Part shown: positions 1-10,591 of the stretch, piece after piece
Position numbering within the stretch: position 1 is the first letter of the stretch
Layout: each line of letters begins with the position of its first letter
Source of the DNA: Escherichia coli
GTDB taxonomy: Bacteria; Pseudomonadota; Gammaproteobacteria; Enterobacterales; Enterobacteriaceae
Reading direction: 5' to 3' (one strand)
Assembly: GCF_003334405.1 (NCBI RefSeq)
Contig: NZ_QOWM01000016.1
Length of the DNA: 64,000 bases
The notes under the pieces: generated by a model
Told to the model about the DNA's origin: nothing
Database searches by the model: none
What the model saw: only the letters and a program-made list of their open reading frames with translations
Program-made: the position numbers and the translations under genes

Positions 1-298
1 GGGTGTGGCAGTAATTATCGTGACCGGTATTCCGTTGATTATCGCCGATAAATTGATTGGCGGTGGCGATGGCACTGCCGGAATTGCCGCTTCCAGTTCC
101 GCAGGGGCCGCGGTAGCGACACCTGTGCTGATTGCAGAAATGGTGCCTGCGTTTAAACCGATGGCTCCGGCAGCAACTTCGCTGGTAGCGACGGCGGTCA
201 TTGTGACTTCGATTCTGGTGCCAATTCTTACCTCTATCTGGTCACGTAAAGTCAAAGCCAGAGCAGCGAAAATCGAAATTTTAGGTACGGTGAAATAA
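1..298 (+). CDS. kdgT: 2-keto-3-deoxygluconate permease, C-terminal fragment (gene begins upstream of window)
   Basis: ORF 5..298 is open to the window edge; hydrophobic Gly/Ala-rich permease-like C-terminus; position immediately upstream of yiiM matches E. coli synteny. Name assigned by synteny and recall, not by search. Confidence 0.6.
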
Positions 299-446
299 AC
301 CTGCTTCCTTAATCCCCACAGCCGGATGAACTAACGTTCGTCCGGTTTGCTATTGAGTTCCTGCCTGGATACTTACCGCGAAAACAGCACGCCTGACATA
401 AAATAAATATGGTCTAATGGGGAAATTTCTCGTGGAGAGGGAACAG

Positions 447-1121
447 ATGCGATATCCGGTTGATGTATACACAGGCAAGATTCAGGCTTATCCCGAAGGC
501 AAACCCAGCGCAATTGCTAAAATCCAGGTTGATGGTGAGTTGATGCTGACGGAGCTGGGGCTGGAAGGTGACGAGCAGGCGGAGAAAAAGGTTCACGGCG
601 GGCCAGACAGAGCGCTGTGTCATTATCCTCGTGAGCATTATCTCTACTGGGCGCGGGAATTTCCGGAACAGGCGGAGTTGTTTGTTGCGCCTGCGTTTGG
701 TGAAAACCTCTCAACCGACGGCCTGACGGAAAGTAATGTTTATATGGGCGATATTTTCCGCTGGGGAGAGGCATTAATTCAGGTCAGCCAGCCGCGCTCG
801 CCTTGCTATAAACTCAATTACCATTTTGATATCAGCGATATAGCGCAGTTGATGCAAAACACAGGTAAGGTGGGGTGGTTGTATAGCGTGATAGCGCCAG
901 GGAAAGTGTCTGCGGACGCGCCGCTGGAGTTGGTTTCCCGTGTCAGCGATGTGACCGTGCAGGAGGCTGCCGCCATCGCATGGCATATGCCGTTTGATGA
1001 CGATCAATATCACCGTTTACTCTCCGCTGCCGGGTTATCGAAAAGCTGGACGCGGACGATGCAAAAGCGCCGACTGAGCGGCAAGATCGAAGATTTTTCC
1101 CGCCGGTTGTGGGGAAAATAA
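447..1121 (+). CDS. yiiM: MOSC-domain protein YiiM
   Basis: ORF 417..1121; internal ATG at 447 preceded by GGAGAGGG gives the 224-aa protein (MRYPVDVYTGKIQAY...). Confidence 0.88.
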   Translation: MRYPVDVYTGKIQAYPEGKPSAIAKIQVDGELMLTELGLEGDEQAEKKVHGGPDRALCHYPREHYLYWAREFPEQAELFVAPAFGENLSTDGLTESNVYMGDIFRWGEALIQVSQPRSPCYKLNYHFDISDIAQLMQNTGKVGWLYSVIAPGKVSADAPLELVSRVSDVTVQEAAAIAWHMPFDDDQYHRLLSAAGLSKSWTRTMQKRRLSGKIEDFSRRLWGK

Positions 1122-1131
1122 CCCCCGGAGT

Positions 1132-1215
1132 GTAGGCCTGATAAGACGCTATCAGCGTCGCATCAGGCATCCTGCTCAAATGCCGGATGCGGCGTAAACG
1201 CCTTATCCTGCCTGC
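1132..1215. repeat. REP/BIME palindromic elements (two inverted REP units)
   Basis: gtaggcctgataagacgc...gcatcaggc and gccggatgcggcgtaaacgccttatcc motifs typical of enterobacterial REP sequences, in the yiiM-cpxA intergenic region. Confidence 0.85.
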
Positions 1216-1226
1216 AAATGCGAAGT

Positions 1227-2600
1227 TTAACTCCGCTTATACAGCGGCAACCAAATCACCAGCCGTAAACCGCCCAGCGGGCTGTCTTCTGCCTTCACCC
1301 AGCCACGATGCTGCTGAATGGCGGTTTCAACAATCGCCAGCCCCAAACCTGTACCGCCAGATTCACGATCGCGTGCTTCATCGGTACGATAGAACGGACG
1401 GAAAATCTGTTCGCGATCTTCCGGGCTAACGCCAGGACCATCGTCGTCCACCGTAATGGTGATACCGTCTTTATCTACCGCAAAGCCCACTTCAATCTTC
1501 GTATGGGAATAACGCAGAGCATTACGAACAATGTTTTCCAGCGCACTTTCCAGGGCGTTCGGATTGCCGTACAGCGGCCACGGCCCAGGCGGGAAGTTAA
1601 CTGTCAACGACTTGCCCATTTGCTCGGCTTCGAACGCCGCGTTATCCAGCACTTCACTCCACAACTGGTTGGCTTTGATGGTTTCGCTAACCAGCGCGTT
1701 TTTTTGCTGATTACGTGACATCACCAACAGATCGTTGATCATGCTGTCCAGACGTTGCGCTTCGGTTTCAATACGCTCCAGTTCCTTGCTTTCACCGCTA
1801 CGACGGCGCAGTAACGCCGTACCCAGTTGCAGACGCGTCAGCGGGGTGCGCAGCTCGTGAGAGATATCAGAAAGCAGACGCTGCTGAGAGGTCATCATGC
1901 GCTCCAGCGCGGTGACCATCTGGTTAAAACTGGCACCTGCGGCAAGGAATTCCTGTGGCCCCGCTTCCAGTTCCGGGTGCTGGCGTAAGTTTCCCTGGGC
2001 AACTTCATCGGCAGCGTTTTTCAGCTTACGCGCCGGTTTTGCCAGACTCCAGGCCAACCACAACAGCAGCGGCGTACTGACCAACATGGTGACAATCAGC
2101 AGTAATAGCGGGCGGTCAAACAGTAAGTTAATGAAATCGGATTGAGAACTGCTGGCCGGACGAATCAGATAAAGTTGGTAATTATCTTCGCCATCACGCA
2201 CGGAGAACGGACCGACCAGTTCCACGCGGCCATACTTTTTCTTCTGCGGATGATCGGCGTTATCGGCCTGACCAATAAAGTTACGAATGATCTGCATTTC
2301 GCTGCGTTCAGCGCCGATCACGCGGCCTTCGGTGGTCACCAATAACAAACGCTGTCCTGGCGGTGCCCACTTATCAATCGCCCGGAACAGACGCCGCCAC
2401 CACATTAAATCGTTGGGCGGATCGTTCGCCAGCTCCGCTTCGACATGCTGCTCAATCATCAGCCCCTGACGCTGTTCGCTATCCAGAAGCTCGGTCATCT
2501 GGCGTGAATCGAGCTTGGGTAACATCAAAACCAACATCAACACCAGCGCCAGCGTCAGCCAGAAGATGGCGAAGATGCGCGCGGTTAAGCTGCCTATCAT
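1227..2600 (-). CDS. cpxA: envelope-stress sensor histidine kinase CpxA
   Basis: ORF 457 aa; N-terminus MIGSLTARIFAIFWLTLALV..., two TM segments, HisKA/HATPase region; 4-nt overlap with cpxR. Confidence 0.97.
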   Translation of the reverse strand: MIGSLTARIFAIFWLTLALVLMLVLMLPKLDSRQMTELLDSEQRQGLMIEQHVEAELANDPPNDLMWWRRLFRAIDKWAPPGQRLLLVTTEGRVIGAERSEMQIIRNFIGQADNADHPQKKKYGRVELVGPFSVRDGEDNYQLYLIRPASSSQSDFINLLFDRPLLLLIVTMLVSTPLLLWLAWSLAKPARKLKNAADEVAQGNLRQHPELEAGPQEFLAAGASFNQMVTALERMMTSQQRLLSDISHELRTPLTRLQLGTALLRRRSGESKELERIETEAQRLDSMINDLLVMSRNQQKNALVSETIKANQLWSEVLDNAAFEAEQMGKSLTVNFPPGPWPLYGNPNALESALENIVRNALRYSHTKIEVGFAVDKDGITITVDDDGPGVSPEDREQIFRPFYRTDEARDRESGGTGLGLAIVETAIQQHRGWVKAEDSPLGGLRLVIWLPLYKRS

Positions 2601-3295
2601 GAAGCAGAAACCATCAGATAGCCGCGACCACGCAAGGTTTTAAACCACGGGTGACCATCTTTACGATCCGGCAGTTTACGACGCAGGTTGGAAATGTGCA
2701 TATCAATAGCGCGGTCGAAAGGCGTCAGGCGTTTGCCCAACACTTCCTGGCTTAAATGTTCACGGGAAACCACCTGACCCAGATGCTGTGCCAGCAAATA
2801 GAGCAGGGTAAACTCAGTACCGGTTAACTCCAGCGTTTGCCCGTCGAAGCTGGCTTCCTGACGGCCTGGATTCAGCACTAAGGCATCAACTTCCAGTGTC
2901 GGTGAACCGTTGTCGTTGTTTTGCTGTTGCTCGCTCCAGTGCGAACGGCGCAGGATCGCGCGAATACGTGCCACCAGCTCACGATCATTAAACGGTTTCG
3001 GGAGATAGTCATCTGCGCCCAGCTCAAGGCCGAGAACGCGATCAAGTTCACTGCCGCGCGCCGTCAACATAATGACAGGCGTCTGGTGTGTCTGGCGAAG
3101 TGCTTTTAATGTGTCGATACCATTTTTCTTCGGCATCATTACGTCAAGCAAAAGTAAATCAATGCTGTCGTCCAGAAGATCAAGCGCCTGTTCCCCATCG
3201 TGGGCAACAATCACGTTGAAGCCTTCCATCTCGAGCAGCTCCTTTAATAGGGAAGTCAGCTCTCGGTCATCATCAACTAACAGGATTTTATTCAT
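2597..3295 (-). CDS. cpxR: OmpR-family response regulator CpxR
   Basis: ORF 232 aa, MNKILLVDDDRELTSLLKELL...; receiver plus winged-helix domains. Confidence 0.97.
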   Translation of the reverse strand: MNKILLVDDDRELTSLLKELLEMEGFNVIVAHDGEQALDLLDDSIDLLLLDVMMPKKNGIDTLKALRQTHQTPVIMLTARGSELDRVLGLELGADDYLPKPFNDRELVARIRAILRRSHWSEQQQNNDNGSPTLEVDALVLNPGRQEASFDGQTLELTGTEFTLLYLLAQHLGQVVSREHLSQEVLGKRLTPFDRAIDMHISNLRRKLPDRKDGHPWFKTLRGRGYLMVSAS

Positions 3296-3350
3296 TGTTT
3301 AAATACCTCCGAGGCAGAAATTACGTCATCAGACGTCGCTAATCCATGAC

Positions 3351-3365
3351 TTTACGTTGTTTTAC
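3351..3365. promoter_or_regulatory. CpxR box (GTAAA-N5-GTAAA) in the divergent cpxRA / cpxP control region
   Basis: Plus strand tttacgttgttttac is the reverse complement of GTAAAacaacGTAAA; lies between cpxR and cpxP starts. Confidence 0.8.
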
Positions 3366-3444
3366 ACCCCCTGACGCATGTTTGCAGCCTGAATCGTAAA
3401 CTCTCTATCGTTGAATCGCGACAGAAAGATTTTGGGAGCAAATG

Positions 3445-3945
3445 ATGCGCATAGTTACCGCTGCCGTCATGGCCTCAACGCTGGCAGTCAGTTCATTAAG
3501 CCACGCTGCTGAAGTCGGTTCAGGCGATAACTGGCATCCGGGTGAAGAACTTACGCAGCGCAGTACGCAGAGCCATATGTTCGACGGCATAAGTTTAACC
3601 GAACATCAGCGTCAGCAGATGCGAGATCTTATGCAACAGGCCCGGCACGAACAGCCTCCTGTTAATGTTAGCGAACTGGAGACAATGCATCGCCTTGTCA
3701 CCGCAGAAAATTTTGATGAAAACGCTGTGCGCGCACAGGCAGAAAAAATGGCGAATGAGCAAATTGCTCGTCAGGTTGAGATGGCAAAAGTCCGCAACCA
3801 AATGTATCGCCTGTTAACGCCGGAGCAGCAAGCGGTTTTAAACGAGAAACATCAACAACGAATGGAGCAGTTGCGTGACGTGACGCAATGGCAAAAAAGT
3901 TCATCGTTGAAGCTATTGAGTAGTAGCAACTCACGTTCCCAGTAG
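3445..3945 (+). CDS. cpxP: periplasmic Cpx pathway inhibitor/adaptor CpxP
   Basis: ORF 3442..3945 (MMRIVTAAV...); start placed at the second ATG for the 166-aa protein; signal peptide and LTXXQ-type motifs. Confidence 0.93.
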
Positions 3946-3952
3946 TAAACCC

Positions 3953-4012
3953 TGTTTTCCTTGCCATAGACACCATCCCTGTCTTCCCCCACATGCTGTG
4001 GGGGTTTTTTTT
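3953..4012 (+). ncRNA. cpxQ: probable CpxQ sRNA (cpxP 3'UTR-derived, ends at the cpxP terminator)
   Basis: Established knowledge that the cpxP 3'UTR yields an sRNA ending at the intrinsic terminator; the terminator is seen at 3986..4012. The 5' boundary is approximate. Confidence 0.5.
3986..4012 (+). terminator. intrinsic terminator of cpxP
   Basis: cccccaca-tgc-tgtggggg stem-loop followed by T8. Confidence 0.9.
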
Positions 4013-4093
4013 ATCCTCAATTTGCCTGCTGCTTAATGCATTGCAGATGATTTGCTTCCGTTATACTAGCGTCAGTTGATAGCGGGAGTATTT

Positions 4094-4996
4094 ATGAATC
4101 AATCTTATGGACGGCTGGTCAGTCGGGCGGCGATTGCTGCGACGGCGATGGCTTCGCTGCTATTGCTGATTAAAATTTTTGCATGGTGGTATACCGGGTC
4201 GGTGAGTATTCTCGCCGCGCTGGTGGATTCGCTGGTGGATATCGGCGCGTCGTTGACGAATTTATTGGTGGTGCGATATTCCCTGCAACCTGCCGACGAT
4301 AATCACTCGTTTGGTCACGGTAAAGCTGAGTCCCTCGCGGCGCTGGCGCAAAGTATGTTTATCTCCGGTTCGGCACTATTCCTGTTTTTGACGGGTATTC
4401 AACATCTGATATCTCCAACACCGATGACAGATCCAGGCGTCGGGGTTATCGTGACAATTGTGGCGCTAATTTGTACGATTATCCTTGTCTCGTTTCAGCG
4501 TTGGGTGGTGCGGCGGACGCAAAGCCAGGCGGTGCGGGCTGATATGCTACATTACCAGTCTGATGTTATGATGAACGGCGCAATTCTGCTGGCGCTGGGG
4601 TTGTCCTGGTACGGCTGGCATCGCGCCGATGCTCTGTTTGCATTGGGAATCGGCATCTATATTTTATATAGCGCGTTACGCATGGGATATGAGGCGGTAC
4701 AGTCATTACTGGATCGCGCATTGCCTGATGAGGAACGGCAAGAAATTATTGATATCGTGACTTCCTGGCCGGGTGTTAGCGGCGCTCACGATCTTCGCAC
4801 GCGGCAGTCAGGGCCGACCCGCTTTATTCAGATTCATTTGGAAATGGAAGACTCTCTGCCTTTGGTTCAGGCACATATGGTGGCGGATCAGGTAGAGCAG
4901 GCTATTTTACGGCGTTTTCCGGGATCGGATGTAATTATCCATCAGGACCCCTGTTCCGTCGTACCCAGGGAGGGTAAACGGTCTATGCTTTCATAA
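4094..4996 (+). CDS. fieF: cation-diffusion-facilitator Fe/Zn efflux transporter FieF
   Basis: ORF 4076..4996; ATG at 4094 after GGGAG gives the 300-aa protein [18 protein letters not shown]... Confidence 0.95.
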
Positions 4997-5176
4997 TCAG
5001 TATAAAAGAGAGCCAGACCCGCATTTTGTGTATAAAATACCGCCATTTGGCCTGACCTGAATCAATTCAGCAGGAAGTGATTGTTATACTATTTGCACAT
5101 TCGTTGGATCACTTCGATGTGCAAGAAGACTTCCGGCAACAGATTTCATTTTGCATTCCAAAGTTCAGAGGTAGTC

Positions 5177-6139
5177 ATGATTAAGAAAATCGGTGTGTTG
5201 ACAAGCGGCGGTGATGCGCCAGGCATGAACGCCGCAATTCGCGGGGTTGTTCGTTCTGCGCTGACAGAAGGTCTGGAAGTAATGGGTATTTATGACGGCT
5301 ATCTGGGTCTGTATGAAGACCGTATGGTACAGCTAGACCGTTACAGCGTGTCTGACATGATCAACCGTGGCGGTACGTTCCTCGGTTCTGCGCGTTTCCC
5401 GGAATTCCGCGACGAGAACATCCGCGCCGTGGCTATCGAAAACCTGAAAAAACGTGGTATCGACGCGCTGGTGGTTATCGGCGGTGACGGTTCCTACATG
5501 GGTGCAATGCGTCTGACCGAAATGGGCTTCCCGTGCATCGGTCTGCCGGGCACTATCGACAACGACATCAAAGGCACTGACTACACTATCGGTTTCTTCA
5601 CTGCGCTGAGCACCGTTGTAGAAGCGATCGACCGTCTGCGTGACACCTCTTCTTCTCACCAGCGTATTTCCGTGGTGGAAGTGATGGGCCGTTATTGTGG
5701 AGATCTGACGTTGGCTGCGGCCATTGCCGGTGGCTGTGAATTCGTTGTGGTTCCGGAAGTTGAATTCAGCCGTGAAGACCTGGTAAACGAAATCAAAGCG
5801 GGTATCGCGAAAGGTAAAAAACACGCGATCGTGGCGATTACCGAACATATGTGTGATGTTGACGAACTGGCGCATTTCATCGAGAAAGAAACCGGTCGTG
5901 AAACCCGCGCAACTGTGCTGGGCCACATCCAGCGCGGTGGTTCTCCGGTGCCTTACGACCGTATTCTGGCTTCCCGTATGGGCGCTTACGCTATCGATCT
6001 GCTGCTGGCAGGTTACGGCGGTCGTTGTGTAGGTATCCAGAACGAACAGCTGGTTCACCACGACATCATCGACGCTATCGAAAACATGAAGCGTCCGTTC
6101 AAAGGTGACTGGCTGGACTGCGCGAAAAAACTGTATTAA
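5177..6139 (+). CDS. pfkA: 6-phosphofructokinase I
   Basis: ORF 5081..6139; internal ATG at 5177 gives the 320-aa [23 protein letters not shown]... protein. Confidence 0.97.
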
Positions 6140-6195
6140 TGATTTCGGAAAAAGGCAGATTCCTTTACCCTGAAACCGATGACAGAAGCAAAAAT

Positions 6196-6294
6196 GCCTG
6201 ATGCGCTTCGCTTATCAGGCCTACATGAATTCTGCAATTTATTGAATTTGCAAACTTTTGTAGGCCGGATAAGGCGTTCGCGCCGCATCCGGCA
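6196..6294. repeat. BIME (pair of inverted REP units)
   Basis: gcctgatgcgcttcgcttatcaggcctac ... gtaggccggataaggcgttcgcgccgcatccggca; the track ORF 6179..6376 is an artefact of this repeat. Confidence 0.85.
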
Positions 6295-6458
6295 TGGACA
6301 AAGCGCACTTTGTCAGCAATATGAGGCGGATTTCTTCCGCCTTTTTAATCCCTCAACATATACCCGCAAGTTATAGCCAATCTTTTTTTATTCTTTAATG
6401 TTTGGTTAACCTTCTGGCACGCTTTGCTCATCACAACACAACATAAGAGAGTCGGGCG

Positions 6459-7448
6459 ATGAACAAGTGGGGCGTAGGGTTAACATTTTTGCTGGCGGCA
6501 ACCAGCGTTATGGCAAAGGATATTCAGCTTCTTAACGTTTCATATGATCCAACGCGCGAATTGTACGAACAGTACAACAAGGCATTCAGCGCCCACTGGA
6601 AACAGCAAACTGGTGATAACGTGGTGATTCGTCAGTCACACGGTGGCTCAGGTAAACAAGCGACGTCGGTAATCAACGGTATTGAAGCTGATGTTGTCAC
6701 GCTGGCTCTGGCCTATGACGTGGACGCAATTGCGGAACGCGGGCGGATTGATAAAGAGTGGATCAAACGTCTGCCGGATAACTCCGCACCGTACACTTCC
6801 ACCATTGTTTTCCTGGTACGTAAGGGAAATCCGAAGCAGATCCATGACTGGAACGATCTGATTAAACCGGGTGTTTCGGTGATCACGCCTAATCCGAAAA
6901 GCTCTGGTGGCGCGCGCTGGAACTACCTGGCAGCCTGGGGCTACGCGCTGCATCACAACAACAACGATCAGGCAAAAGCACAGGATTTTGTTCGGGCACT
7001 GTATAAAAACGTCGAAGTTCTGGATTCTGGCGCGCGTGGCTCCACTAACACTTTTGTCGAGCGCGGAATTGGCGATGTACTGATTGCCTGGGAAAACGAA
7101 GCTCTGCTGGCAGCGAATGAACTGGGGAAAGATAAATTCGAAATCGTCACGCCGAGTGAGTCTATCCTCGCAGAGCCAACCGTGTCGGTGGTCGATAAAG
7201 TGGTCGAGAAAAAAGGTACTAAAGAGGTGGCGGAAGCCTACCTGAAATATCTCTACTCGCCAGAAGGTCAGGAAATTGCCGCGAAAAACTACTACCGTCC
7301 GCGCGACGCTGAGGTGGCGAAAAAGTACGAAAATGCGTTTCCAAAGCTGAAGTTATTCACCATTGATGAAGAGTTCGGCGGCTGGACGAAAGCGCAAAAA
7401 GAGCATTTTGCTAACGGCGGTACGTTCGATCAGATCAGCAAACGCTGA
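6459..7448 (+). CDS. sbp: periplasmic sulfate-binding protein
   Basis: ORF 329 aa [35 protein letters not shown]...; signal peptide. Confidence 0.95.
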
Positions 7449-7470
7449 TTTCCCCAGGATAATTATCAAA

Positions 7471-7504
7471 CCCGGTGGTTTCTCGCGACCGGGTTTTTTA
7501 TTTG
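7471..7504 (+). terminator. intrinsic terminator downstream of sbp
   Basis: cccggt/accggg stem followed by a T-run. Confidence 0.75.
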
Positions 7505-7554
7505 TCACGATTTTGCGTTACCCTTGCATCTCTTTGAGGTACAGGGAAAAAAAG

Positions 7555-8310
7555 ATGAAAAAAGCGGGTCTTCTTTTTTTGGTGATGATAGTTATCGCCG
7601 TTGTGGCTGCCGGTATTGGTTACTGGAAATTAACCGGTGAAGAGTCGGATACATTACGTAAGATTGTCCTTGAGGAATGTTTGCCCAATCAGCAGCAAAA
7701 TCAAAATCCTTCGCCATGTGCGGAAGTCAAACCCAATGCCGGATACGTGGTTTTAAAAGATCTTAATGGCCCACTGCAATATCTGTTGATGCCAACGTAT
7801 CGTATTAACGGTACTGAAAGTCCTTTGTTGACCGATCCTTCAACGCCGAACTTCTTTTGGTTGGCTTGGCAGGCGCGTGATTTTATGAGCAAAAAATACG
7901 GCCAGCCGGTTCCCGATCGCGCGGTTTCTTTGGCGATCAACTCCCGCACCGGGCGTACGCAAAACCATTTTCATATTCATATCTCTTGTATTCGTCCTGA
8001 TGTGCGCAAACAGCTGGATAACAATCTGGCGAACATCAGCAGCCGCTGGTTGCCACTGCCAGGTGGTTTGCGCGGGCATGAATACCTGGCGCGTCGGGTA
8101 ACGGAAAGCGAACTGGTACAACGCAGCCCATTTATGATGCTGGCAGAAGAAGTACCTGAGGCGCGGGAACATATGGGACGCTACGGGCTGGCGATGGTAC
8201 GGCAGAGTGATAACTCATTTGTATTGCTGGCGACACAACGAAATCTACTGACGCTTAACCGTGCTTCAGCCGAGGAAATTCAGGATCATCAGTGTGAGAT
8301 TTTGCGTTAA
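7555..8310 (+). CDS. cdh: CDP-diacylglycerol pyrophosphatase
   Basis: ORF 7363..8310; internal ATG at 7555 ([20 protein letters not shown]...) gives the 251-aa protein. Confidence 0.93.
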
Positions 8311-8332
8311 GGCGAAGAGTTAAGGAAAGTAA

Positions 8333-8355
8333 GTGCCGGATATGAAATCCGGCAC
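8333..8355. terminator. hairpin between convergent cdh and tpiA (probable bidirectional terminator)
   Basis: 9-bp stem gtgccggat/atccggcac with 5-nt loop between the two stop codons. Confidence 0.6.
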
Positions 8356-8364
8356 CTGTCAGAC

Positions 8365-9132
8365 TTAAGCCTGTTTAGCCGCTTCTGCAGCTTTAACGAT
8401 TACTGCGAAGGCGTCAGCTTTCAGAGAAGCACCACCAACCAGCGCGCCGTCGATATCCGGCTGAGCAAACAGTTCTGCAGCGTTAGACGCGTTTACAGAG
8501 CCGCCGTACTGAATGATCACTTGTTCAGCGATGTTAGCGTCAACTTTAGCGATGTGGTCACGGATGAATTTGTGAACAGCCTGTGCCTGAGCCGGAGTTG
8601 CAGATTTGCCAGTACCGATTGCCCATACAGGTTCGTAAGCGATAACCGCACCTTCGAATGCCGCAGCACCCTGAGTTTTCAGTACCGCGTCGATCTGACG
8701 TGCGCAAACTTCTTCAGTTTTGCCCGCTTCATTTTCAGCTTCGGTTTCACCGATGCACAGAACCGGAGTCAGGCCCTGCTCTTTCAGCACCGCGAATTTT
8801 TTCGCGATCAGTTCGTCAGATTCTTTGTGGTAAGTACGACGTTCAGAGTGACCGATGATGATGTACTGTGCGCCGATGTCTTTCAGCATAGCAGCAGAGG
8901 TTTCACCGGTGAATGCGCCGGACAGGTTCAGGTCCACGTTTTGCGCACCCAGCATGATGTGGCTGCCTTCAGCTTCGCGCTTCGCCATATCGATATACAT
9001 TTCCGGTGGTGCGATTGCAACCGCACAGCCAGCAACACCTGCCAGCTCTTTACGCAGGTTAGAAACCAGCTCGTGAACCATGTGGCGGCTGCCGTTCAGT
9101 TTCCAGTTACCCATCACTAAAGGATGTCGCAT
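8365..9132 (-). CDS. tpiA: triosephosphate isomerase
   Basis: ORF 255 aa [23 protein letters not shown]... Confidence 0.98.
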
Positions 9133-9239
9133 TTTAATTCTCCACGCTTATAAGCGAATAAAGGAAGATGGCCGCCCCGCAGGGCAGCAGGTCTGTGAAA
9201 CAGTATAGAGATTCATCGGCACAAAGGCTTTGCTTTTTG

Positions 9240-9839
9240 TCATTTATTCAAACCTTCAAGCGATTCAGATAGCGCCAGCTTAATCGGTTCAACAGCGAAG
9301 GTCAGCCCCTTTTCGCCGTTGTCCGCGACAACATAACGCAGTGCACCTTCTGTCTCGGTGTAATAACGTTTGTTTTTCCCCGCCGTTAGTAGCGACTGCA
9401 GTTTTTTCTGGCTTTGTGTTTTGGTCATTAATGGGGTGAGTGTGCGGATCACCGCTGCCATGTATTCCTGAGCTTTCGCTTTCGCGGCTTTTTGCTCTGG
9501 CCCCTGGATGGGTAGCCAGGTCATTTGAATGCTTTTGATTTTTAAGGTACCGCGCTCCAGCGCTGTAGAAGCATACAAGTTCTCATTAATTTTACTTGCA
9601 GCACGAGTGAGATTGGCTTTGTCGGGACTGCTGTCGATGGCACGAAATTCGTTCAGTGGCAGGCTGGGATTCTGGCTGTTAAAGTCTTCTCGAAACTGGC
9701 TGATGGAGAGATCGAAAGTAGGGGCTCCAGCCAGCAGATAAGGCGCGGTCGTTGCCGTATCTGGTGTTTGTGCATGCGCCGCTGTTGTAACGGTTAATGC
9801 AGAACATAAGAGAAAAAACAGCGTACACCCTGGCTTCAT
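9240..9839 (-). CDS. yiiQ: uncharacterized secreted protein YiiQ (DUF1454 family)
   Basis: ORF 199 aa with N-terminal signal peptide (MKPGCTLFFLLCSALTVTTAAHA); name by synteny and recall. Confidence 0.85.
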   Translation of the reverse strand: MKPGCTLFFLLCSALTVTTAAHAQTPDTATTAPYLLAGAPTFDLSISQFREDFNSQNPSLPLNEFRAIDSSPDKANLTRAASKINENLYASTALERGTLKIKSIQMTWLPIQGPEQKAAKAKAQEYMAAVIRTLTPLMTKTQSQKKLQSLLTAGKNKRYYTETEGALRYVVADNGEKGLTFAVEPIKLALSESLEGLNK

Positions 9840-9939
9840 TGACAGTACCTTTTGTTATGACTGGCTCCGATTAAAACGATATCTGTCGCCCTTGTCAAAA
9901 GGGTAGAATCCTGGAAAAGACAACCATCAAGGAACTTAC

Positions 9940-10380
9940 ATGACCATACAGCAATGGTTATTCTCATTTAAAGGGCGTATTGGACGCCGTGATTTCTGGA
10001 TTTGGATAGGCCTGTGGTTCGCAGGCATGCTGGTGCTTTTCTCACTGGCGGGTAAGAATCTACTCGATATTCAGACCGCGGCGTTTTGCCTTGTGTGCTT
10101 GCTCTGGCCAACAGCGGCAGTAACTGTTAAGCGCTTGCATGATCGCGGGCGTTCCGGCGCATGGGCATTTCTGATGATTGTGGCGTGGATGCTGCTGGCG
10201 GGTAACTGGGCGATTTTACCGGGTGTCTGGCAATGGGCGGTGGGGCGTTTTGTCCCGACGTTGATTCTGGTGATGATGCTTATCGATCTTGGTGCGTTTG
10301 TTGGCACACAAGGCGAAAATAAATATGGTAAAGATACTCAGGATGTGAAGTATAAAGCCGACAATAAATCAAGTAATTAA
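9940..10380 (+). CDS. yiiR: uncharacterized inner-membrane protein YiiR (DUF805 family)
   Basis: ORF 146 aa, several hydrophobic helices. Confidence 0.85.
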   Translation: MTIQQWLFSFKGRIGRRDFWIWIGLWFAGMLVLFSLAGKNLLDIQTAAFCLVCLLWPTAAVTVKRLHDRGRSGAWAFLMIVAWMLLAGNWAILPGVWQWAVGRFVPTLILVMMLIDLGAFVGTQGENKYGKDTQDVKYKADNKSSN

Positions 10381-10591
10381 CCTTTAATATATCTCTTACT
10401 GCTATTTTTTTCCGGGATTGTTATTTCCACGATGCAAATGACAATACCCGGAAAATCCTTCTGAACTCTTCACCTTAAGCAATATCAAAAAAAATGGTAA
10501 TCCATAAGATCATTACTTGTTTGTTCTTCCCTTAACGGCGCATTATTCTTAAGTCGTAATCGACAGAGAGGCGAATATACAGAGGTGCCCT

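Noticed and set aside
417-1121. N-terminally extended versions of genes as given by the ORF track (yiiM from 417, fieF from 4076, pfkA from 5081, cdh from 7363, glpX to 13333, glpK to 14952, priA to 24507, metJ to 26158, metB from 26120, katG from 31421, gldA to 36699, pflC from 43814, frwD from 44700, argE to 52511, oxyR from 56085, btuB from 61219)
   Set aside because: In each case an internal ATG/GTG with a better SD reproduces the known protein length and N-terminus, and the extension would overlap the upstream gene or operator sequence.
5333-6061. Long antisense ORFs inside well-supported genes: 5333..6061(-) in pfkA, 1308..1718(+) in cpxA, 8521..9120(+) in tpiA, 18404..19399(+) in hslU, 22395..23162(+) in priA, 35419..36168(+) in gldA, 46652..47176(+) in eptC, and many others in the ORF track
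   Set aside because: Each lies entirely within, and antisense or out of frame to, a gene whose product I recognise over its full length. They have no SD-ATG context and are typical shadow ORFs of GC-rich coding sequence.
6179-6376. ORF 6179..6376(+) 65 aa between pfkA and sbp
   Set aside because: It spans the REP/BIME element (its peptide is the REP translation also seen in other REP-overlapping ORFs); no ribosome-binding site.
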